Of a stretch of 64,000 nucleotides of DNA, positions 1 through 12,466 are shown in pieces. Positions within the stretch are counted from its first letter, which is position 1; each line of letters begins with the position of its first letter. This DNA comes from Octopus sinensis (taxonomy: Eukaryota): the NCBI RefSeq assembly GCF_006345805.1, contig NC_043016.1, forward strand, positions 3,162,001 through 3,226,000, in the 5' to 3' direction. A program made the position numbers and the translations under genes. The notes beneath the pieces were generated by a model, which searched no databases, had not been told where the DNA came from, and saw nothing but the letters and a program-made list of their open reading frames with translations.

Positions 1-226
1 TCCAAATACAAATCCCAGAATTAGACATACTGGAAACAATCATAGGTGTGTTGTGTCTGTATCAAAAGGTAGTCGCTCATCTGCTATTCACTGGAAAGTG
101 GCAGAAATCGGAATATGATGATTACGCAATGCACTTTATACAATTTATTAACAATTTCATACACACAGCACTCATAAAATAAATATTCTTTTCCATTTAT
201 TCTATAAGCAATATATATATATATAT

Positions 227-264
<38 letters not shown>

Positions 265-397
265 TGTATTTCTATATCTAGGTGTTATATAAAAAAAAAA
301 TTAATTCAATTTTTAAATATACACTTTTCACCATCCAGTGGCCACCGCCATCAACACCTCCATCTCTCTCACTACCACTTCCAACACCAACACCGAG

Positions 398-890
<493 letters not shown>

Positions 891-892
891 CA

Positions 893-2395
893 TTTTCCGG
901 GTCCTTATATTTTCTTAGTTTGTCAAATTCCTTGACGGGTATATTTTTGTTAGTGGGAAAACTTACATCTTTTAGTCTACAAGTATTTTCTTCCCTATCT
1001 TTAATGATTATGCCTGGTCGATTAACCTGGATTGTTTTGTCACTGTTGAGTGGAGAATCCCAGAGGATCGTAACATTTCTGTCTTGAAAGGCTGGCTCAG
1101 GATGATGTTCATACCAATAAGCAGGCGTGCTGATTTTGTAGTATAGTGTTCCTATGTAAATACTCTCCTACCCTATCGTGTTGATTTTTGTATTCGTTTG
1201 GTGTCAGCGCAGGATATCCCGAAACGAGATGGTCTATTGTTTCGTCAAATGTCTCGCATAATCTGCATTTAGGGTCAGAACCGTTTTGAAGAACGTTAGG
1301 CCTGTAGTCTTTTTTCTATGAGCAAGCTTTGATCATGTACCACCAATATGAAACCTCCAGTCTCTGATGGGTTGTTGCTTGATCTACATCAGCATTTCGA
1401 CTTCGAAGTGTATGATATCTAACTAGAGGCTTCTCAATTTGTTTCTTTTAGTTCTTTTTTGCAGTCTGATTGATCCCTATTGTTTGTTTTCTGGCAGTGG
1501 TTTCAGGTTCTTCAAATATTTCAGGATTAATGCCAAATTCCCTTGCGAATTTGCAAGCTTCCTTGACAATAAAATGTGATCTTTTGCTGCTCTCGTGTTT
1601 GCACACAAGTCGCAACGTCCTGTACTGAATAAGTATCTGTCCATTGTTATTGTGGAGGTCTAAAAGCACATTCCCCTTCCCCCGTTACTTCTAGTTAGGT
1701 ACAGAAGATCAACATCTACTTTTGGGTGGTGCATGTTCTTAGATGTTAGTAGTTTTCTTGTCCTCCTGTCCAGGCTTTGAATCTCTGTAAGATTCCAGTT
1801 ACTGATGTTAAAATTATATTGGACTACTGGAAATCCTAGGTTGTTAATGACTTCGATGCGAGTTTTAGTATTGAGTTCAGATTTTAGTATGAGTCTAATT
1901 CTCCAGTTATATTCCTGTCTTATTTTTTCTTTCATGGTAGCATATTGTATACCACCACATTCGTTTATCTCTTGGTATTTGTAAAATTCTTCTGGGTCAA
2001 GCTCCTTGATGGTAGTGTCGGTATCTAATTTAAAGAAAGCTGTTTCCTTGAGCTTGCCTCCTATAAAAGTTGCTTAAGCACACTTATGAAGGCCAAAGTC
2101 CAACTTTATGTCATTACTGAATTCTTTAACAGCTGTTAGCAGCCCTGATAGCTCTTCGTCGTTTCTAGCGAACAGCTTCAGATCGTCCATATAAAACAGA
2201 TGGTCTATTGATGTATTGTACACTTTGGCCCCATACCTGGGTATTTAGTTTGTTTGTGAGTGGGATCAATGCCATGCAAAATAGTAATGGGGAGAGTGTG
2301 TCAGCTTGAAAGATGCCTCGTTTGATGTTGAAGTTGTTAGTTTAGCTCAACCTATTACTATGGTTTAGAAGGAGACGTGTGTTCCACTTTGAAAA
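893..2395 (-). mobile_element. R4/Dong-like non-LTR retrotransposon fragment (RT, CCHC finger, RLE), disrupted
   Basis: Minus-strand translation gives IKRGIFQADTLSPLLFCMALIPL (~2260-2330), IDHLFYMDDLKLFA (~2165-2210), LDRRTRKLL..HHPK.DVD.LYL.RS.GGRG, CRLC..DETIDHLVSG and RPGIIIKD. Confidence 0.9.
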
Positions 2396-2475
2396 GTCTT
2401 CCTGTCGCCAATCCATGCCATACTCAGGTTCCTCTTTTCGCTTCGGCAATTCTCTACAATATTTTTACTATATTT

Positions 2476-2580
2476 ATCATCATCATCATCATCATCATCA
2501 TCATCGTCGTCGTCGTCGTCATCGTCATCGTCATCATCGTCGTCGTCGTCATCATCATCAGCATCATCATCATCATCGTC
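2476..2580. repeat. (CAT/CGT)n microsatellite, tail of the adjacent LINE
   Basis: Directly visible; abuts the 3' end of the minus-strand element at 2581. Confidence 0.9.
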
Positions 2581-2975
2581 TTTGCACAGCTTTTATCGCT
2601 TGAGACGTACTACGGTACCAGCTGTTCACTAATAACATCCCTTATTTTTCGAGCACCAACCGGAGTTTTCGAGCGGTTCCAAGCAGTGCTGTTTTCTGCA
2701 AGTGCTCCACCCTTATTGCAGCCCCTATTTGTTCCACGTACTTCTCGAGAATTTTGTTCACTGCTCCCAGGTCTCCGACAATTATTGGTACTACTACATT
2801 TTTCAGCGACCGCAACTGCTTAATCTTCCAAGCTAACCTGTCATATCTATTGACTTTTCTTTCTTCCTTATTTGATAGCTTTTTGTCAGCTGGACATGCT
2901 ATATCTACGATCCAGCATAGTTTGTTTTCTTTCTCAATGTCTGACACTTGATGGTGATCTTGGGATGCTATCTTT
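2581..2975 (-). mobile_element. R4/Dong-like LINE 3' end (RLE endonuclease C-terminus)
   Basis: ORF 2642..2947 has IVDIACP..KE..K..RY..L..VVPIIVG.LG..LQKTALLGTAR.LR; closely similar to 26240-26470. Confidence 0.9.
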
Positions 2976-3744
2976 GATGATGCGTGACACGTGCCGAGGC
3001 TGAAGCATTTTCAGAAATATCTATATTACAGAGAAGATTTCGACGCCGACAATGAAAATGAGAACGTCAATAGTCTAGGATTGATGCTGAACGATTCTCA
3101 TATCAGCGATTATGGAGAACTTCCATGGCAGTGCAATAAGAGATTATTATCTGTTCGAGACAAACGTGGCAAATAGGTTGTGTGGTGAGCTTGCCTAAAA
3201 GGTTTGAACGCAGCAACTTCCTTACCAAATGAAGGGAAATGTGAAGGTTATGAGGTAAATGCTACCTTCCAGTATGTTTATCGAAAGGTGGATAAGAGTG
3301 GAAAGACTGATATGGGTAAATGGACCTACTTTGAGTAAGCCTTCGTAAGTTGGAGGAAAGAACTAGAAGATAGTGGTCAATAAAAGGAATCATCATTATT
3401 ACCATCATCATCAATATAGCATATGGCTTTGGTCAAAAGTAGAAAGAATCATTATAGCATGCCTACAGAACAAATCCAGGTAAACAGATGTTAGTACACC
3501 TGCATTCATTACTGAAAAGCACTTTTGAATGCTGGAGGTATTAAACACAAATCAAAGTATTTCAATATTAGGAAAAACGTATTCATTATTATTTCACCTA
3601 AATAAAAAAAAATGTGATTTCTACTAAACAGAGAAAAGATAATAACAGTCAGACTTACACGAAGAGTTATCATTACCACTTCTACACAACTCAGTGCAGA
3701 CTCCAGTGACAAATCTGCTGAGTGAAATTGCGAATATTTATTGA

Positions 3745-4330
3745 TTCATCGGACAAATTGTGCCTCATCTTCTCCATACGGATAGCTTTAAATTATTTAT
3801 AAGATACACCACCGTGTAAGAAAATCTAAACATTGCAAATAAATTTAGTTAAGCCATAAAAGTGAGCATGAAATCTGATTGTATGTGCAAACTCTACTAT
3901 AAAAACCAGAAAAATAACTAAAATTGAGTTTATTAAATTAAATATAGACACGGAAACCAAAGAATTAGAACAGAATCATCCACATAAATTCTTAGGTATT
4001 GATAAAACTGATAAAATACACCATATAGAAGCAAAGGAAAAGTAAGGTAAGTATTATTAAAAAATCAGACAAATGATAAAAACAGAACACAGTGCTACAA
4101 ATAACATATGAATATGTATTTTGAAGTCATTTTTGTTACGAAATACATCAATGTAATAAACTGGAAGTTAATTGAAGTGTGTAGATTCACACAAGAGAAA
4201 TATATTACTGGTTTCTGAAATTGTCAACTCAAAGTTGATATAATTAGATTTCTAGGTAACCCAGGCAAATAGAATAACTACTACAACGTAGCAATAGTAA
4301 TAGAAGACACCTACAAAATATAAAAGAAAA
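3745..4330 (+). mobile_element. Highly degraded R4/Dong-like RT fragment
   Basis: HLLHTDS.KL (decayed HLLYMDDLKL) near 3765 and HKFLGIDKTDKIHH.EAKEK near 3980-4040. Confidence 0.55.
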
Positions 4331-4499
4331 CTTATTGGTATCATAAAACAACTTGAAAATAAAAGATATCTTTTCAATAAGGAAACCAAAATAAAACCTG
4401 AAAACTAACTTCACTGAAGAAAAGGAATAGTATCGGGAAATCCTGGTTTCTCTAGAGAGGATCATAATGCCAATAAAAATTACAATAAACACACGCACT

Positions 4500-5640
4500 G
4501 GTTCGACACCACTTCTTTATTTTTACCAGCTAATTATCCATAGGTTGTTAGTTGTCTGTCAGTGCATTCGTCGTTATTCGAGACTTCGTCAGCGCCATGC
4601 CGTCCGCTTCAAGGTATGCTTTTAGTCAGTCTTAGAGCTAGTCTTATATCTATATGTGTGTAGGTTAGTATGTCCGTATATGTGTATGTAGATGTACGAG
4701 TCCATACTTTTATATATGCCTTGTGTTGTATGTGCGGTGTGTGTGCGCTTATGCATGTTTGTGTGGTGTCGTCGGTTGTTATATTTAAAATGTAAAAGTC
4801 AGTGTGTATTTCCATGTGTACTTTGTTGTGCATGTATGTGTTTCGTTTATTTGTGTGTATGTGTCTATATGCATGCGTGTGTTTCTGTTTTTATGTATAT
4901 TTGTGTGTGTGCGTGTGTGTGTGTGTGTGTATGCGCGCGTGCGTGCGTGTGATATAGCTCGTTCTTTTTAATAGTCAAGCGCATGTGTTTTTGTCCGCGG
5001 GTGTGTTTGTTCGTGTTCGCGCATATGTTTGTGACAGTTTGTGTGCGCGTGTGCGTGATCATTTGTGTATGCGTGTACGAGGAAACAGATAGCGTATGGT
5101 TGTTTGCTGGAACTGTTCAAAATTACGTCTATTGATTTATGTGTCGACTGCTTTCATTCTAATATTACCCTATATATATATATATATATATATACCTATA
5201 CTCACAAATCCCCTACCTCCACATGGACGTACCCCCCCCCACGAATTGTTGTATGTGTGGCGTGGGTAGTGGCAGTTGTGTTGCGGTTGTATTATATACT
5301 ATGCGTATTTACTATTTAGTGTTGGCGTTGTCTCATGCATGAGAGCAGACTCATATATCAGTCTTAGCAATGCGCTTCTCGGGTGTTTAGATAAAATTTT
5401 GATATCAGTTCATTCAGCATGCTCCTATGCTGGTCTCTGGCATCTTGGTAGAGAATCGACGGTTGTTTCCATTCCTTAAACTCTCACCTGTGAACATTTA
5501 GCCTGTCAGCGAAACTTCTAGAAGTCTCTCCATTGTTTGCCATATTTTGGTTCCCACAATTATCCTCTATGCATTTTATTTGGTAGACTTCATTCCTGGT
5601 CATAGTTTTTAATAGTAGAGTTAAAAGTTCATTCCGTGCA
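4500..5640 (-). mobile_element. Penelope-like element 3' part (GIY-YIG remnant) broken by (TG)/(TA) repeats
   Basis: Minus-strand VYQIKCIEDNC...GETSRSFADRLNVH (~5490-5595) and DIKILSKHPRSALLRLIYESALMHETTPTLNSK (~5305-5410); HHR-like CTGACGA..GTC/GAC..GAAT at 4561-4594. Confidence 0.7.
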
Positions 5641-5949
5641 GTTCAAATACAAAAGCTAGACGCAATAAAAAGAAAAAAAAGCAACAGAAAATATTATGAA
5701 AGAAAAGATAAAACTGAATTTAAAAAACATATTAAAAAATAAAAACGAAACTTACTTCATAGCTCAATACCTCGTACGACTTAACCAAGAGCTAGTTAGC
5801 GGCAATGTAAGTCAACAGCAGCCTACAGGTTAAAGGACAATGTCTGATTTCAGATGGCCATAAATAAGAGATATAAATACTAGTGACAAATGAAGATAAT
5901 GCAATCAGTGCAATGGGATGATTAACTCCATCATTTTGAATTATTTTCG

Positions 5950-6190
5950 TTCTTAGTATTGTGTGTCCTGCCATTGGGTGCATGCCAAATCTTTCTCAGT
6001 GTGGGAACAGTGTGTTGGCTAGGGTCAACTTGTGAGTGCTAACAATTTCTAGGAGTCGCGTCTGCTATCATTTATTTCTCCGATGCCGAACCGTCTTACT
6101 ACCCTCGACCATTGGTCATATGCTCCCGGACCTTTTTTGGCCTTCCAGTCTCCGAGGATGATGAGGACATCTTTTCTACGAGTCGGTAGG
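5950..6190 (-). mobile_element. RTE LINE AP-endonuclease fragment, inverted relative to the downstream RTE
   Basis: DVLIILGDWKAKKG..RFGIGEIND..LL..LTLANTLFPH..WHAPNGRTHN. Confidence 0.85.
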
Positions 6191-6339
6191 ACTCCAAATG
6201 GAATAGCCTTCATCCTCGCATCTCAAAAATTTAGTATCAATAAGATTAGAAGAGGAACTTCCCCATTCGTAACTTTATTAAAACCAAACTTTTGAGACTC
6301 AGTTTTCTCCAGCTTGTATGAAGACAGAGTAACTAATAA

Positions 6340-6627
6340 CTAAACAACAGAGATCATGATATAATTCCAGTTACAATTGAGCTCAAACTGAAAAGGATCA
6401 ATAAGAAAATAGCTACACAGATTTGACAATGCTAAACTGAAGGATACCAACTTTGCAGTGAAGTTTGAGGTTACAGTGGATGAGAGATTTGCAGCCCTTA
6501 ACCTCCTAGAAGATAATATAAAATCCCTGGCCGACAACATTAAAGAAGTGCTTCATGAAATGGCTCTAGACGTGTTGAGAATGAGAAGGAAAAAGAAACT
6601 ATGGATCACTGATGATATGTTGGACCT
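6340..6627 (+). mobile_element. RTE LINE fragment, 5' of the MULE insertion
   Basis: RDHD (SDH motif)..[31 protein letters not shown]. Confidence 0.8.
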
Positions 6628-8533
6628 GGTGCTAGGAAAATTCGGTCCCAGAAAATTCGGTCTCGGAAAATACGGTCTCTGAAAATTCGGTCCTGGAAAA
6701 TTCGGTCCCGGAAAACTCGGTCCCGGAAAATTCAGTCCCAATAAATTTTATTCCAGACAATTTTTCAAATCGGTATCCGGTCTTTTCGCTTACTATGGAG
6801 TCCTTTCGCCCATAGGATAACAAATATTTCCCATTTTAAGAAAATATAATATAGCTGCAAAATATTTTAAAAGTGAGAAAAGCAAATACAAATTGATTGA
6901 TGAACTTAATTGTGTTAATGACTTTCAGAAGTTTAGTTCCGAGGAGACAAGGAAGCTGTGGTGCTATGAGATTCGCGATGCATACCGTGTTCGTGTTCAA
7001 ACAGAGAATAAGCCAGGTGAACCTACAATTATTACAACAATCAATAGTCATGATCACGAACCATCACCGAATGCCATGGAGGCAAAATTCACCATTTCAG
7101 CTTTAAGAAAAAAGTTGCAAGATGGAGTTGAAAAAAGTACTCGAGTGCTTGGTGAGAATGCGAAATCTGAATTACCACAGTTGCAAACAGTTCCTGGAAG
7201 TATTCCAAATTGGCGCAATAAAGATTTTGGTGTTTCGCCGTTGCCTCTTCATCGGACTGGATTTCAAGTGCCTGATTACTGCAATGCGACACAGGTAGTA
7301 ATGACGAAATGAGGATTTTAATCTTTGCCTCTACCGAAGGTCTTAAACAACTGGAAAACACCTCATTTTTAGGAATGGTTGAAACATTGAAATCATCACC
7401 AAGTGCATGGTATCAGCTTTTCACCATTCATGCTATGATAAATGGTAGATCTAATCCTCAAGCTTTCATTTACTGCGAGACAAAACACAAGCAACACATG
7501 TATTGATTGACTCTGAATGGCAATTCGTCACAGCTGTGATCATAACTTTACTGGAAGCACCAGCGTAGGTTGTTTATTTCATTTTTGCCAGACAGTTTAT
7601 AGGAAATTATGCCAACTCTGATATAAAGTTCAACGTAGTACTGATGGTTCTTTTTCCACAAAAATACAAATGTTCTGCGCGCTGGCATTTTTACCACCAG
7701 AAGTAATTGTTACATATGAAGATCTCGGTGAGGATGAATCAATTCCAATAGATTTTGTAAATTATTTCGAGCTGACATACATTGGACAAAAAGAGAGGTA
7801 GACGTGTCAGACAAGAAGATTCCTTGTACCCAGTTAATTCTTGGAATGTTTACAGTCGAATAATTAAGGAATTGCCTCGGACAGACAATGCTCTTGGGGG
7901 GTTTCACTCAGCATTGCGCATATCAGTAGCAAACAAGCACAAAAACATCTGGAAGCTTATTCATGCTCTTCGAAAAGAAGAATTCCTTACACAGACCAAA
8001 ATTATTCATGCTCAAAGAGGAGACAGTCCACAGAAAACGAGAAAATACCAGGTTCTCAGACCTATTTTCCTAATTTTCTGTATAATATGTTTGATAAAAG
8101 GAAGTATTTTTTGTTGATTCAAACATGAGTTACTCATATTTTTCTGCTGGCTTATATATGTGATTTTTATATTTTTATTAATAAAATTATTATTCTATTT
8201 TGTTTTTTGTTTATACTGATCAGTTAAATCAATGTTTACATGAGAAGTATATTAGTAACGTCTGGGATGAATATTTTCCGGGACCGAATTTTCCGGGACT
8301 TAATTTTCTCGAACCCAATTTTCCTAACTTGTTGTGTAATGTGTCTGATAAAAGGTGATATTATAAATATATTTTTTCCTGTTTTATACATTAGTTTATT
8401 CATTTTTCAATAAAATTACTCTTCTATTTAGTTATGCATTTTTTTTTGTTTATTTGTTTAATAAATCTCTTCATGGGTAGTTTACTAATAATTTCTGGGA
8501 TCGAATTTTCTGGAACCAAATTTTCTGGTTACA
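6628..8533 (+). mobile_element. Mutator-like (MULE) DNA transposon with decayed FLYWCH-MULE transposase
   Basis: 9-bp TSD GTTGGACCT at 6619-6627 and 8534-8542; inverted ends built of 15-bp GGAAAATTCGGTCCC units; motifs FASTEGLKQL, YQLFTIHA, GCLFHFCQTVYRK, WNVY..LPRTDNALGGFH. Confidence 0.92.
6893..8060 (+). pseudogene. MULE transposase pseudogene (frameshifts and stops)
   Basis: ORF pieces 6893..7312, 7309..7506 and 7782..8117 carry ordered MULE motifs; DDE catalytic residues appear degenerate. Confidence 0.85.
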
Positions 8534-8542
8534 GTTGGACCT

Positions 8543-9115
8543 ATATGTTTTTAAGGGGAGAATTTAGGGTAGAAAGACCAAACTAACGTGTTAAATGGCA
8601 GGTCAGCAATAGAATGCTGTGGATAGGAAGATAAAGTATAAAACGGGGAGTGGGGAGCCAAAGATAAATAGATAGGATACCAGTCTAAAACCCGTCGAAT
8701 TTGGGATAAAGAAGGGCAACAACAAGGTTGCTAGTGAAATATTCAGAAGCCTAACAAAAACAAAGAAACACACCACCACTTTACAGTAGAGACTGATTTC
8801 ATCAGAAGATGGTCTGATATGGCAAAGACCTTTACAATCACAACGTCCTAGGTATTTCTGATAACAACAACGACCACGACAACAACAGCAACAACAGAAG
8901 GCTTAATGGTACTCCAGTTCTCTAAGAAGTTGAAGAGGCAGTACGCATACTCGAATATGGAGAATTTCCAGGGGTGGAAAACATACCCTCAGAGCCCTTA
9001 AAACATATCACATGGAGAGCTAAAACAAACACCAATCAGAATTCTATTACAACTTCTTCGACTTCAAAAATGCAGTTGACCGTGTTTGGCACGATGGGTT
9101 GTGTCCCAAAGTTAA
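8543..9115 (+). mobile_element. RTE LINE fragment, 3' of the MULE insertion
   Basis: EVEEAVRILEYGEFPGVENIPSEPLKH and FFDFKNAVDRVWHDGL RT motifs. Confidence 0.75.
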
Positions 9116-9119
9116 GAAT

Positions 9120-9375
9120 GGTCAAAATATAGCCTTGCATGGCACTACTCACATTCTAAGCAAAACACTTTCCGTTCAAGAGCGCAATATAGCAGCGCAC
9201 TAGTGAAAACATTCCTTTCAAAGTCACAACTCATGTACGTAGTTTTAAACAATATAACACAAAGCGATGAGCACCCCAGGAACACGGGAGTTCATCCTCT
9301 CGTGATGCAGCTGAAACTGGTGTAAAACTGTCAAGAACGTATTCCAAAGTATTAAGGACAATGATGATGATGATA
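9120..9375 (+). mobile_element. R4/Dong-like LINE extreme 3' end and UTR with (GAT)n tail
   Basis: QNIALHGTTHILSKTLSVQ resembles the RLE C-terminus seen elsewhere in the window. Confidence 0.5.
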
Positions 9376-9534
9376 AAGTTAAATTATTGTGGAAGATGCT
9401 ATTGCGATAAGTTAACATCCAATTGCCAAAGCTTATAGTTAATGGAAGGACACATGTGACAGCGAAATGCTGTCCGCTGTCACAACCAACCAGAGCAAGA
9501 ACGAGACGAGCTCTGAGAGGTATAATAACAATAA

Positions 9535-9640
9535 TAGGGCTTCGTATATTTTATCCCAGTGTCACTTTGATGGCAGGCACTGCTCTCTCACTCAATAATA
9601 ATAATAGTAATAATAATAATAATAATAATAGTAATAATAA
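9535..9640 (+). mobile_element. Very short (AAT)n-tailed retroposon end
   Basis: TTCGTATATTTTATCCCAGTGTCACTTTGATGGCAGGCACTGCTCTCTCACTC(AAT)n; homologues at 27865-27940 (+) and 26107-26136 (-). Confidence 0.7.
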
Positions 9641-10642
9641 ACACAGAAAAAATTAAGCGTATGAAAACCCGTACCAAAACTGCTGCTTTAGATATTCTGA
9701 CTGATAAATGGAAAGTAAAACCTCTGAAAGGCAAATACCCAAAGAGAGCTAATAGTGCCGAGGTTGGAAAAACTCTTAGCCATCTTGCTTAAAATCAGAA
9801 ACAGAGGGGTTTATCATAACAGCCAAAGATCAATGCCTACCTACAAGGAACTGCCAGGCCAACATATTAAAGAATGGCAGCTTCCCAGCATGTCGTGTAC
9901 GTAAACAACAAAATGAAACCATTGATCGTTGTCTCCATGTGCAGTCTTCTTGTGCCTACAGAGTACCTCAGTAGGCATGATAGATCTGCACAATATATTC
10001 ACTGGGTAATTTGCAAAAGCCTGGACTTGCCCCATGAAAGTAACTGTTGGGAACACAAACCACCTCCAGTGCTTGAAAATGACCACATCTCATTCCTCTG
10101 GAACTTCACCATTTAAACTGAGAGAAAGATAGATGCCAATAGGCCAGACATCATATTGAAAGACTTCAGACAAAAAACATGCCTCCTCATTGATATGACT
10201 GTCCCAATCGATATAAACGTATCTGTCAAAACCTACCAAAAACTGAGCAAATATAAAGACCTTGAAATAGAAATTGGCAAAATGTGGAACCTGAAGACTA
10301 AAGCAATACCTGTTGTCATAGGTGCCCTAAGAATGATAGCAAAAGTGGCTGATTGCTACCTATGTCAGATACCAGGAAACCCCAAAATGGGAGAAATTCA
10401 AAATATAGTGCTCGTGGGAACTGCCCATATCCTACTTAAAATACTGTATATGTAATTTCAAATTTTAAAACAAATTCATAATTTTCTTGTTTCTTAAATA
10501 TTCTCTAGAACAATACTATATGAAAAACCAAATATATCGCACCCTAGACATAACACCAACATGAAATTCTAACTTTTTGACTCTTGAGGTCTCTGGGTGA
10601 GACTTGGAGCCAACTTGTACAAATGTAAAGCAAAAGTCAAAC

Positions 10643-10645
<3 letters not shown>
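9641..10645 (+). mobile_element. R4/Dong-like LINE 3' fragment (CCHC finger, RLE, 3'UTR)
   Basis: KSETEGFIITAKDQ, EYLSRHD, NRPDIILKD..LIDMTVP..KLSKYKDLE..PVVIGAL..GTAHIL; flanked by (AAT)n on both sides. Confidence 0.92.
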
Positions 10646-10680
<35 letters not shown>

Positions 10681-10817
10681 TAATAATAATAATAATAATA
10701 TAATAATAATAATAATATAATAATAATAATAATATGATAATAATAATATAATAATAATAATAATAATAATAATGATAATAATAATAATAATAATAATAAT
10801 AATTATTATTATTATTA

Positions 10818-10862
<45 letters not shown>

Positions 10863-10885
10863 TGTTCTTGTTGTTATTATTAATA
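10646..10885. repeat. (AAT)n abutting (ATT)n microsatellite
   Basis: Orientation switches at about 10800. Confidence 0.95.
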
Positions 10886-10888
10886 TTA

Positions 10889-11040
10889 TCCTTTCTACTA
10901 AAAGCAGAAGGTTTGGTATTTGCGGGGAGGAGACTAGTCAATTACATCGACACCAGTGCTGAAACATAATTTATTGACCCTGAAAGGATGAAGAGCAAAG
11001 TCAACCCCTGCGGAATTTGAATTCAGGACGTAAGCACTTT
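10889..11040 (-). mobile_element. tRNA-derived SINE family A, partial
   Basis: Reverse complement of the TTCAAATTCCGC..TTCATCCTTTC.GGGTC.ATAAA..GGTGTCGATGTAAT core. Confidence 0.8.
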
Positions 11041-11119
11041 AAACAGCAAGATTTTCGTTGAATTCAATTTAATCCTGTGTATTTCCTCCTTATATATACG
11101 TGTGTATGTGGGTGCGTGT

Positions 11120-11518
11120 ACACACACACACACAAACATACATACATACATACATACATACATACATACATACATACATACATACATACATGCATACATA
11201 CATACATACATACATACATACATACATACATACATGTATACATACATACATACATACATACATACATGCATACATACATACATACATGCATACATGCATA
11301 CATACATACATACATACATGCATACATACACACACACTCACACACATACATACATACATACATACATACATACACACACACTCACACGCATACATACATG
11401 CATACATACATACATACATACATACATACACACACACTCACACACATACATACATACATACATACACACATACATACATACATACATACATACATACATA
11501 CATACATACATGCATACA

Positions 11519-11552
<34 letters not shown>

Positions 11553-11745
11553 CACACACACTCACACACATACATACATACACACACACTCACACACATA
11601 CATACACACACACATACATGCATACATACATACATACACACACACATACATGCATACATACATACACACACACTCACACACATGCATACACGCATACATA
11701 CATGCATACATGCATACATACACACATACATACATACATACATAC

Positions 11746-11776
<31 letters not shown>

Positions 11777-11845
11777 CATACATACATACTTACATACATG
11801 CATACATACATACATACATACATACATACATACATGCATACGTAT
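11120..11845. repeat. (TACA)n/(CA)n compound microsatellite
   Basis: Directly visible; source of the HTYI/MYVC ORFs. Confidence 0.97.
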
Positions 11846-12087
11846 ATATATTGTATTTATGACTAACGTTTCTGAGAAATTACCCTCATTATCGTCGGTT
11901 ATGGAACTTACAGTTAAAATAGAACCACTCTTTTGGAATTCATCATTGAAGGATATTCCTATACTATCTAGAAAAGTATATAAGAATATATCTATTATAT
12001 GTAATTTTCTAGATGGTGGAATTTAATTGTTCATTTTGAATTCATAAAAGGTGTTTTTTTTCCAATTTATATATATATATATATATG

Positions 12088-12466
12088 TACTCTTTTAGTT
12101 GTTTCAGTCATTTGACAGCGGCCATGCTGGAGCACCGCCTTTAATCGAGCAACTCGACCCCGGGACTTATTCTTTTGTAAGCGCAGTACTTATTCTATCG
12201 GTCTCTTTTCTCGAACCGCTATGTAACGGGGACATAAACACACCAGCATCGGTTCTCAAGCAATTCTAGGGGACAAACACAGACACACAAGCACACACAC
12301 GCATATATATATATTAACATATATACGACGGGCTTCTATCAGTTTCCGCCTACCAAATCCACTCACAAGGCTTTGGTCGGCCCGAGGCTATAGTAGAAGA
12401 CACTTGCCCAAGGTGCCACGCAGTGGGACTGAACCCGGAACCATGTGGTTGGTAGACAAGCTACTT
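12088..12466 (-). mobile_element. tRNA-derived SINE family B, 3' part; its head is at 15042-15072
   Basis: Reverse complement matches the copies at 45046 and 61623; interrupted after AAGCTACTT. Confidence 0.92.

Noticed and set aside
5756-5822. Minus-strand segment with good acceptor (CCTTTAACCTGTAG) and donor (GTAAGT)
   Set aside because: Stops in all three frames and no partner exons; a non-coding exon cannot be supported without RNA data
6633-6740. Regular short repeat array resembling CRISPR or a repeat protein
   Set aside because: Tandem 15-mers without spacers, forming the MULE subterminal repeat in a eukaryotic context
11023-12026. ORFs of 250-308 aa with HTYI/MYVC repeats (and YLSI ORFs at 57373-58264)
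   Set aside because: Tetranucleotide microsatellite translations
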